A stretch of 64,000 bases of DNA from positions 10,964 to 74,963 of the forward strand of contig CAZVYG010000017.1 of the NCBI GenBank assembly GCA_964631605.1. The letters run 5' to 3'. Each line of letters begins with the position of its first letter. The first letter of the stretch is position 1. The translations under genes and the position numbers were made by a program. Under the pieces are notes generated by a model that searched no databases, was not told where the DNA came from, and saw only the letters and a list, made by a program, of their open reading frames with translations. This DNA is from an uncultured Verrucomicrobiota bacterium. Its GTDB lineage: Bacteria > Verrucomicrobiota > Verrucomicrobiia > Limisphaerales > UBA8199. Shown here one piece after another: positions 7,900 through 14,747 of the stretch.

Positions 7900-8684
7900 T
7901 ACAGTCCGTAATGCACGCCAACGAGCCGGGGGAGGGAGCCGCCCAAGGTGGCGCGGTGAACGCTGAAGCCGGGACTATCATGCCACCCGATTTGGTCGGC
8001 GTCGCGGACGAAGGCGACACCGGGTTCGACGCCGGCGGCGGCAGCCTTCTGAATCTCGCGCAGGGCGGTGTCCGCCAGAGCGAGCCAGCGGGTTTTGAGG
8101 TCCACCGGGTCGAACGCGGCGCCCATCTCGCGAAGTTCGGCCGGGTTGACGCGGGAGTTGCGTTGCATTTGGTTGAGGAGGAGAAAGGGATTGAAGCCCG
8201 GGTCTTTGGCGCACGCCGCCCAGATGACCGCGTAAAGGGGATAGGTTTCCGCGTTGGCCACAAGGTCCACGAGGTCGCGGGTCTCGGCCCGTCCGCCCAT
8301 GGCAAGGGCTTTGTTGGTAAGCGCATCGAACCGGTGCAGCCGCCAGCCGAGCAAGTCGTCAGGCTGGATCGGAAAGAAGCGCCAGGCGGCGTCCTGACAC
8401 CATTCGAGCTTGACACCGTCGGCGCCGCGCGAAACCCAGGCGCGGCGAATGGCCGGCGTCCAGAGTTCCGGACGGACGGCATAGCCGTGTTGCTGCAGGG
8501 TTTGCAGGTCTTTCTCACTGGACTGGATGACGGCCTGCTCGGCGTCGTGGAAAACGTCCACATCGGCGCTCCAGCGAACGGCTTCGCGGGCATTCAGAGA
8601 AATCCCGCCCGCCACGTAGCTTTCGGGCGAACGGTTTGCGGCCAGGAGGCGGAGCAGCTCGGATTGAAACGGGGTTAAAGGCAC
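7899..8684 (-). CDS. AbiEii/AbiGii-like nucleotidyltransferase (type IV TA toxin-like)
   Basis: GTG start at 8684 gives (M)PLTPFQSELLRLLAANRSPESYVAGGISL...RWSADVDVFHD (GG...DxD Pol-beta signature) and later KALAMGGRAETRDLVDL (K...R...RDxxD). Confidence 0.75.
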   Translation of the reverse strand: MPLTPFQSELLRLLAANRSPESYVAGGISLNAREAVRWSADVDVFHDAEQAVIQSSEKDLQTLQQHGYAVRPELWTPAIRRAWVSRGADGVKLEWCQDAAWRFFPIQPDDLLGWRLHRFDALTNKALAMGGRAETRDLVDLVANAETYPLYAVIWAACAKDPGFNPFLLLNQMQRNSRVNPAELREMGAAFDPVDLKTRWLALADTALREIQKAAAAGVEPGVAFVRDADQIGWHDSPGFSVHRATLGGSLPRLVGVHYGL

Positions 8685-8887
8685 GCTTCGATTTCGCGCG
8701 CGGTTTGCCAGGCGGCCGGGCCGCCGTTCTCGCGCAGACGGCGGACGACCAGTTCGACGTCGGCCCGGTCGGCAAGCGGGAGGGCGGGCTGACGGGTCCA
8801 GAAGCATTCCGGATGCCTGACCAGGGCGGCTTGCGCCCGGCGCAGAGCCTCGGCCGAGACGGACAATGCGGTCTTCTGGACGCTCAT
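8675..8887 (-). CDS. 70-aa hypothetical protein, probable cognate partner of the AbiEii-like NTase
   Basis: MSVQKTAL...HPECFWTR...LRENGGPAAWQTAREIEACL; overlaps the NTase start by 10 nt. The track's extension to 9151 runs through repeats. Confidence 0.65.
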   Translation of the reverse strand: MSVQKTALSVSAEALRRAQAALVRHPECFWTRQPALPLADRADVELVVRRLRENGGPAAWQTAREIEACL

Positions 8888-8940
8888 ACGTTCGCTGAGT
8901 TCAGGGTCGCACGAAGACACTTCGAGGGCAAGGGGCGGAG

Positions 8941-9047
8941 GCAAGGCTGAAGGCTGAGGGCTGAAACTTGAAACTTGAAACTTGAAAGACCGGACTATCG
9001 GACCATCCGACCATCCGACTATAGGACTGTTCGACCATGGGACTGTC
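8941..9047. repeat. Composite spacer 5: AGGCTG(A) units, (C/T)TGAAAC heptamers x4 (8961-8988) and GGACTATC-type octamers x7 (8992-9047)
   Basis: Read directly from sequence. Confidence 0.95.
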
Positions 9048-9078
9048 GCGAGGGTGATTTCGAGCCTGAAGGACTGGT

Positions 9079-9453
9079 CTAGGCTGGGAGTAAAGGCCGG
9101 GGCCTGCCGCGGCGGCCAAACACCGGAAGGCCGATGTCGCGGACCATCCAAGGGGGGACTTCCTCGGGGATGGGGTCGCGGCAGCCCAGTTGCTCGCGGA
9201 ATCGGCGCAGCATGGTCGGGAGCCGATAGAGGCGGGCGGCGGCCTGGTACAGGGCCAGCCGCCGCAGGGCGCGCCCGGAAGCAGCAGGGGCCTCGGGCAA
9301 TCGCTGGTGCAGGGTGAGCGCCCAGTCAACAGCCTGACGCAGGGCGTCCAAGTCAGTCACCGCGCCTTTTTCCCATTCGTTCCACGCGGCGTTGAGGCGG
9401 GCCGGATGGAAGGCCAGTTCGTAGGCGGTTTGGAGTTGGGCGCGCGCGGTCAT
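9079..9453 (-). CDS. Hypothetical helical protein translationally coupled to the DUF6036-like NTase
   Basis: ATGA overlap with the upstream NTase stop; protein-like composition; no family recognised. Confidence 0.6.
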   Translation of the reverse strand: MTARAQLQTAYELAFHPARLNAAWNEWEKGAVTDLDALRQAVDWALTLHQRLPEAPAASGRALRRLALYQAAARLYRLPTMLRRFREQLGCRDPIPEEVPPWMVRDIGLPVFGRRGRPRPLLPA

Positions 9454-10013
9454 GACAGCCAGCGTTTAAGGTCGCGTTGCAGATTTTCAAGGTTTTCGCG
9501 AACCAGGGCATCATTTCGGAAAGGGGCAGGCAGCCTGTCAACGGCCCGGACGATGTCTTCGAAGCGGAGGCGGCCATGAATGACCAGGAACTGAATGTCC
9601 GCCTGGTCGGTCGGGTCGTAGCGGATCAGGCGGCTGGCTACAAGGTCCGCCGGCGACAGGGTAAATACGCGCAGACGACTGCCCTGCCACAACGGCACGC
9701 TGTTTTCAGGGGAGGGAGCGGCCAAGCAGAGACGGTCGGGACCGATCCATTCGATGTGGTCGGACGGAAAATCTTCAGCAGGGTTGACGGGCAGGCCAGC
9801 CTGCTCGGCTGCGGCAACCAAGGCGCGCTGGTTGGCGACGCTATAGGGTCCGGCGACGTCCACATCAAGGCTAAACCGGTCTTCTTCACCCATGAGCATG
9901 ACAGCGGCCGACCCGTAAACGCAGAGGCTGGCGGGTTCATTCAGTGCTGCATCGAGGCGGTCCAGATGTTCGCGAAGTGTTTTGGCGTTCATGAACGTGA
10001 TCCGCTGATTCAA
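9450..10013 (-). CDS. DUF6036-like nucleotidyltransferase
   Basis: LCVYGSAAV...SLDVDV (GS...DxD) and DLVASRL...DQADI motifs. True start possibly ATG 9992. Confidence 0.7.
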   Translation of the reverse strand: MNQRITFMNAKTLREHLDRLDAALNEPASLCVYGSAAVMLMGEEDRFSLDVDVAGPYSVANQRALVAAAEQAGLPVNPAEDFPSDHIEWIGPDRLCLAAPSPENSVPLWQGSRLRVFTLSPADLVASRLIRYDPTDQADIQFLVIHGRLRFEDIVRAVDRLPAPFRNDALVRENLENLQRDLKRWLS

Positions 10014-10115
10014 CTTTTTGAGGGCAAGCTGCCGCCCTTGGTTGTTTGCGGGGTTTCCCGCAAAAACCTGCTTCGACTGACTCGATTGTCGTGCCGGAAC
10101 ATCCGGCGTTTTGTC

Positions 10116-10219
10116 CGACGATCCGACTATCCGACTATCCGACCATCGGACTATCCGACTATAGGACCATCCGACTATCGGACCATCCGACCATCAGACT
10201 ATCGGACGATGCGACTATC
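10116..10219 (+). repeat. Tandem array of 13 (G/C)GAC(T/C)ATC-type octamers; the last unit overlaps the four-helix-bundle stop codon
   Basis: Read directly from sequence. Confidence 0.95.
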
Positions 10220-10589
10220 CGTCTGCGGCGGCCTCTCGCTCCACAGCGCGAATCAATCCCTGCAAGCATGCCAAGGTCCGTCGGGCCTGGTCCTGGAGCG
10301 GCTCAACTTCCGCACGCTTGAAATACCCCAGCCGGGTGGCAAAGTGCAGAAAATAATGGGCTTCGTTCAGCGAACCACGGGCAACGTACAGGAAATGCAA
10401 GTAGTCCTTCTGCCTCGAGCGTGAGGCTCCTTCGACAATGTTGGCCGGCACTGAGTATGCCGCGCGTCGGATTTGCGATGTGAGGCCATAAACTTCCTCT
10501 TTGGGAAAGGCGGCGGTGGCCGAGTAGATCGCAACCGCCAGGTCGTCAGCCAGTTTCCATGCTTCAATTTTCGTGTAGTCCCGCAGCAT
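10215..10589 (-). CDS. Four-helix-bundle protein (23S rRNA intervening-sequence protein / TIGR02436 family)
   Basis: DYTKIEAWKLAD...FPKEEVYGLTSQIRRAAYSVPANIVEG...LHFLYVARGSLNE is the family signature. Confidence 0.95.
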   Translation of the reverse strand: MLRDYTKIEAWKLADDLAVAIYSATAAFPKEEVYGLTSQIRRAAYSVPANIVEGASRSRQKDYLHFLYVARGSLNEAHYFLHFATRLGYFKRAEVEPLQDQARRTLACLQGLIRAVEREAAADG

Positions 10590-10669
10590 GAGGTCCTTCT
10601 CAAACTTAACTAATTCGCCGGCACCGAATTCCGGCTGCCGGATTCACCAGCAGTCCGGTTTTCAGAATT

Positions 10670-10717
10670 CCCAGTCCGATAGTCCCATAGTCCGGTAGTC
10701 CCATAGTCCGATAGTCC
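10670..10717 (-). repeat. Reverse-oriented octamer array: (G/C)ATAGTCC x5 plus one partial unit
   Basis: Reverse complement of the GGACTAT(C/G) arrays at 5225, 6000, 6866, 7707, 8992 and 10116. Confidence 0.95.
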
Positions 10718-10754
10718 CATAACACTGCTCCTCGGTCTCTGGTCCATGGCCTTG

Positions 10755-11258
10755 TCATCCCCGCCTTTTCCATCCGCCCAGAAGATTGGTAACGAATGGG
10801 ATGACGCGGCGGCTCTGCCTGCCCCAACTGTGGAGCATGGTGACTCGGGCCTGGACTCGGCCGCGCTCGTCAGGCGGCATTTCCCGTACCAAATCGGCAA
10901 TGCGGTCCATGCGGTCCAGGCCGGCATCCAGCCGCGGCAGGACTTGGTCGCGCAGGAAGCGGGTCGCGAGGTTGCGCAGTTCGGCGACGGCTTCGTAGTG
11001 GACGCGGCGGTCGCCGGCGACATAGACGGCGCGGATGGCGCCGGCGTTGCGGAGGAACTTGAGTCCCTGGCTGGCGCTGCCTTTGCTGAGGCGCAGGCGC
11101 TCAATAAGGTGGTCCATGGCCAGCGGTTGGGCGGAGATGAACAGCAGGCCGTAGATTTCGGCGTAGGAGCGGGGCTGACCCAGCAGGCGGCCCAGCTCAA
11201 CGAAGAGATGGATCACCTCGGTCTCGAGGGGGGAGAGAGCTGGGGCGGCGGGGGACAT
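10755..11258 (-). CDS. GbsR/MarR-family winged-helix transcriptional regulator
   Basis: LGQPRSYAEIYGLLFIS...LSKGSASQGLKFL...GDRRVHYEA pattern. Confidence 0.9.
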   Translation of the reverse strand: MSPAAPALSPLETEVIHLFVELGRLLGQPRSYAEIYGLLFISAQPLAMDHLIERLRLSKGSASQGLKFLRNAGAIRAVYVAGDRRVHYEAVAELRNLATRFLRDQVLPRLDAGLDRMDRIADLVREMPPDERGRVQARVTMLHSWGRQSRRVIPFVTNLLGGWKRRG

Positions 11259-11338
11259 GGGCGGCTGTGGGGTGGCGGATTACGGGGCGGTGCGTTCAGA
11301 GTTTGGGATTGTGCGGGAGTTCGGATTTGGCATTTGAA

Positions 11339-11394
11339 ATTTCAAATGTGAGATTTCAGATTTCAAATTTCAGGTTTCAGGTTTCAGCTTTCAG
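11339..11394 (-). repeat. Reverse-oriented heptamer array (A/G)TTTCA(G/A) x7-8
   Basis: Reverse complement of the (C/T)TGAAA(C/T) arrays at 5195, 5297, 5970, 6078 and 8961. Confidence 0.95.
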
Positions 11395-11460
11395 ATTTTG
11401 TTGGGGCCGGGGGGCATCCGGCGCGTGATCATTATTGACATGGTTTCATCGTATGCAGGT

Positions 11461-11501
11461 CTTATACCAAGCTGGTTCGAAACGTTCAAGTACAAATGAA
11501 C
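11461..11501 (-). promoter_or_regulatory. Promoter TTGAAC-N17-TATAAG with overlapping palindrome GTTCA-N8-TGAAC (candidate autoregulatory operator)
   Basis: -35 at 11484-11489 and -10 at 11461-11466 on the minus strand; palindrome spans 11484-11501. Confidence 0.5.
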
Positions 11502-11725
11502 AAAATGAACGCGGGGCCTGTGGGGACACGACCGCACAGCCCGACTACGGAACACCAAAACATCAAATGACCGAAATACCGGCCCGAGGTTCAAAGGCCG
11601 CTCTTTGGCCCAAATTGAATTCCCGCCGCGTCCGGAGGAACGGCCGAACCGGGGCCTTGGGTTTCCAGCGGCCCGGCGAGGAGGGCGGATTCAACCCGGG
11701 CCTGGCCCGAGGGAACCGGGCCGGG

Positions 11726-12622
11726 TCAGGCAACCAGCCACTGGAGGGCGGCTTTCTGGGCGTGGAGACGGTTTTCGGCCTGGTCGAAGATGGTGTCGGC
11801 GTGGGCTTCGAAGGTGGCTTCGTCAATTTCCTTGCCCCGATAGGCGGGAAGGCAGTGCATGACCAGGGCGCCGGGCTTGGCGAGCTTAAGCAGGCCGGCA
11901 TTGAGCTGATAGCCTTTGAGTTGTTCGATGCGGCTGGCCGACTCGGCTTCCTTGCCCATGGACACCCAGACGTCGGTGTAAAGGACATCGGCGCCCCGGG
12001 CGGCTTCCCGCAGGTCTTCGGTGCACAGGACTCTGCCGCCCGCCCGTTTGAGGAGGTCGGGTTGGGGCTGGAAGTTCCGCGGCGCGGCGATTCTCAACTC
12101 GAAGCCGAGTTTTGCGGCGGCAAAGACCCAGGAATTGACCACGTTGCAGGCGCCATCGCCTATGAACGTGACGATTTTGCCCTGGATGGGCCCGCGTTTT
12201 TCCTGGACGGTGAACACGTCGGCCAGAATCTGGCAAGGGTGCTCCTCATCGGTGAGGGCGTTGATGGTGGGGATTTTGGCGTAACGGGAAAACTCCTCGA
12301 CATCAGACTGGGCGAAAGTCCGAAAGACCGCGCCATGAACCATGCGTCCCAGAACCCGGGCGGTATCCTTGATGGGTTCGCCGCGTCCGAGTTGTATCTC
12401 GCTGGAGGGCAGGAAGATAACCTGTCCGCCCAGCTCGCGGATGCCGACCTCGAACGAAACCCGGGTGCGGGTCGAGGCCTTGGAGAAGATCATCGCCCAG
12501 ATTTGTCCCGAGAGCGGCTGTCGCGGGTGGTGTCCGCGCTCGCGCTTGAGAACTGTCGTGTCGGAGAGGATTTGGTTGATGTCCGCCGCCGACAAAGACT
12601 CAATGCTCAATAGATGTCTCAT
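11726..12622 (-). CDS. argF: Ornithine carbamoyltransferase
   Basis: Motifs KASTRTRVSF, HPCQILAD, DVLYTDVWVSMG, MHCLP and FDQAENRLH. Confidence 0.97.
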   Translation of the reverse strand: MRHLLSIESLSAADINQILSDTTVLKRERGHHPRQPLSGQIWAMIFSKASTRTRVSFEVGIRELGGQVIFLPSSEIQLGRGEPIKDTARVLGRMVHGAVFRTFAQSDVEEFSRYAKIPTINALTDEEHPCQILADVFTVQEKRGPIQGKIVTFIGDGACNVVNSWVFAAAKLGFELRIAAPRNFQPQPDLLKRAGGRVLCTEDLREAARGADVLYTDVWVSMGKEAESASRIEQLKGYQLNAGLLKLAKPGALVMHCLPAYRGKEIDEATFEAHADTIFDQAENRLHAQKAALQWLVA

Positions 12623-12664
12623 CTTGGATTGGCTGAAAGGTGACTGTTTAAGGGCGAAACGGGG

Positions 12665-13954
12665 TTAAGCGTCCAGTCGAGCGGCCACCGTCTCCAGAAT
12701 GCCGAGGCCCTCCTCGGCTTCGCTCCGCCGCAGGTTGAGCGGGGGCAGGAGCCGGAGGATTTCGGGTCCGGCGGGTATGGTGAGCAAGCCGCTGGCATGC
12801 AACAGGTTGGCGAAGCGAGAGGCCTGCGTTTTGGAGGGGTCGCCGGGCAGACTCTGGATGTTGGGCGCCAGCTCGATGCCGAGCATGAAGCCGAGTCCCC
12901 GAACCGTTCGAATGACGTTGGGGTATTTCCGGGCCATTCCCTCGAGCCCTTGTTTGAGGAAATCGCCGACCTGCCGGACGTTATCCGCGAGGTTGTCGCG
13001 CTGGATGACCTCGAGAATCTTTAGCGCCACAGCACAGGCCATGGGTGACCCTCCGTAGGTGGTTCCGTGGGTGCCGGGGCCCAGCAGGTCGGCGTATGGA
13101 GCCCGCACCCAGAATGCGCCCATCGGATAGCCGCCGCCGAGGGACTTGGCCATGGAAATGCCGTCGGGCAGGAACTGTTCTCCACCGGGGGTGCGTTCGA
13201 GGATGCGTTGGAAGCTCTGGAACCGTCCGCTGCGGAAGTGGCCGCATTGAACGCCGTCCATGAGCAGGAGCAGTTTCTTCTCGTCGCAGAGCTGTCGGAG
13301 GCCGAGCAGGTATTCCGGGGTGGCGGGAGTCACCCCGCCCTCGCCCTGAATGCCTTCGATCATGATCGCGGCGGTGGCGGGTGAGATGGCCTCCCGGGCG
13401 GCCTGGAGGTTGTTGTAGGGCACCTGGCGGAAGCCGGGCACCATCGGCTCGAACCCCTTTTTGACCTTGTCCTGGCCCGTGGCGGCGATGCCGGCCAGGG
13501 TCCGGCCATGAAAGGAGTTGATGGTGGTGAGGATTTCGAACCGGCCCTCGTCGTGGCCGAATTTGCGGGCAAGTTTGAATAATCCTTCGTTGGCCTCGAC
13601 GCCGCTGTTGCAGAAGAAGCATTTGCCCGGGCCGATCAACTGGACCAGGGCCTGCGCCAGACGTCCCTGGGGCTCATGGTAATAGAAATTGGAGACATGA
13701 ATCAGCTTGCGGGACTGCTCGATGAGGGCCTCGGTCAGGGCCGGGTGGGCGTGGCCGAGGGAACTGACGGCAATGCCGCCTCCCAAGTCGAGGTAGCGCC
13801 GGCCGGCGACGTCATGGACATAACTGCCCGAGCCGTGGCTCAGGACCAGCTCGAACCGGCCATAGCTGGGCACAACATACTGTTGGAACAGCGCCTGGAC
13901 CGCCGCCGCCTCATTTCGAACCATGGGCGGCGGGGATGGAACGATCTCTTTCAT
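12665..13954 (-). CDS. argD: Acetylornithine aminotransferase (class III PLP)
   Basis: Motifs YLDLGGGIAV, CNSGVEANE, FHGRT, MAKSLGGG and HGTTYGG; upstream of argF. Confidence 0.93.
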   Translation of the reverse strand: MKEIVPSPPPMVRNEAAAVQALFQQYVVPSYGRFELVLSHGSGSYVHDVAGRRYLDLGGGIAVSSLGHAHPALTEALIEQSRKLIHVSNFYYHEPQGRLAQALVQLIGPGKCFFCNSGVEANEGLFKLARKFGHDEGRFEILTTINSFHGRTLAGIAATGQDKVKKGFEPMVPGFRQVPYNNLQAAREAISPATAAIMIEGIQGEGGVTPATPEYLLGLRQLCDEKKLLLLMDGVQCGHFRSGRFQSFQRILERTPGGEQFLPDGISMAKSLGGGYPMGAFWVRAPYADLLGPGTHGTTYGGSPMACAVALKILEVIQRDNLADNVRQVGDFLKQGLEGMARKYPNVIRTVRGLGFMLGIELAPNIQSLPGDPSKTQASRFANLLHASGLLTIPAGPEILRLLPPLNLRRSEAEEGLGILETVAARLDA

Positions 13955-14152
13955 GTCTAATTCATCCCAACTTAATAAAGAGCAAACTTTAATACGAATG
14001 CCGCCGGAATAAAGAGGAAATTTTTTTAAAGATTTTTGAATGAATTCATCCGTGGGCCCGTCTCAGAGATGTTGGGTTTCTCATAGACTGCCGTGGGGCG
14101 GTGGTGGGAACACCGCCGCCCCTGGTTTTCATGGTAAACTGGTTCGGGTTGG

Positions 14153-14184
14153 ACGGCCCGGTGTAAAAGCCGGGCCGTTTTTTT
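14153..14184 (+). terminator. Intrinsic terminator, plus strand
   Basis: ACGGCCCGG-tgtaaaag-CCGGGCCGT followed by a T run. Confidence 0.75.
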
Positions 14185-14297
14185 GTACGAAGCCGCCGGT
14201 TGGGGGATGGGGGACCCGGCGGGGGGGGTGCCGGAGGGGGATTAACGCGCCGCCGGAGCGGCGCGTCCCGGGCGCTGGCGGACGGGGAGACTGCGGC

Positions 14298-14531
14298 TCA
14301 GGCCGCCAGGCTCTCCAACCGGTAGCTCAAGGTGTTGCGATAACGGCGTTTGAGGCCGCGTTTGGACCGCTGCCGTTCCCGCGCTTTGATGAGGTGCTTG
14401 AGGCAGCGGGAGCCTTCGGGGGCGGGCTCGCCGCATTCGGTGCAGCGCTTGTCGCGCTGCATGCGCAGTTGATACTTGCGTTGGCGCGATATTTTCAGGT
14501 GCGTAAACTCGTCGTTGATCCGTCGTCTCAT
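14298..14531 (-). CDS. Small basic protein with CxxC...C..H putative Zn-finger (77 aa)
   Basis: MRRRINDEFTHLKISRQRKYQLRMQRDKRCTECGEPAPEGSRCLKH...; ATG 14531 preferred. Confidence 0.65.
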   Translation of the reverse strand: MRRRINDEFTHLKISRQRKYQLRMQRDKRCTECGEPAPEGSRCLKHLIKARERQRSKRGLKRRYRNTLSYRLESLAA

Positions 14532-14747
14532 ATCGTTCACTCGAATGTCCGGGGGATTGACCCGGAATAAATTCGGTGACATTAGAGCGGTTTTCAAATT
14601 GTGGGACCATCCTGCGCGCCATGATTTTGGCATCATGGTTTCCATGATGGCGATGCGCAAAGGAGTGGGCGGCGGCGGCCGCTCCTGGGCGCCACAGCCA
14701 GTGGCCCAAGACCCGGCGGGAAGGAGGGCGAAATTGACAGGGGCGGG

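Noticed and set aside
6043-10321. ORF-track entries through repeat tracts (6043-6288, 5228-5446, 8982-9317, 10046-10321, 5' extension of 8675-9151)
   Set aside because: The translations (SSFKFQV, TIRLSDY/PTIGPSD) are products of the heptamer and octamer repeats.
10215-10589. Diversity-generating retroelement (Avd-like gene)
   Set aside because: No reverse transcriptase and no template/variable repeat pair differing at adenines in the window.
5185-11394. CRISPR array interpretation of the repeats
   Set aside because: Units are 7-9 bp in direct tandem, without unique equal-length spacers, and no cas genes are present.
14020-14050. ArgR (ARG) box upstream of argD
   Set aside because: TGAATGAATTCA half-sites do not show the canonical TGAAT-N4-ATTCA spacing.
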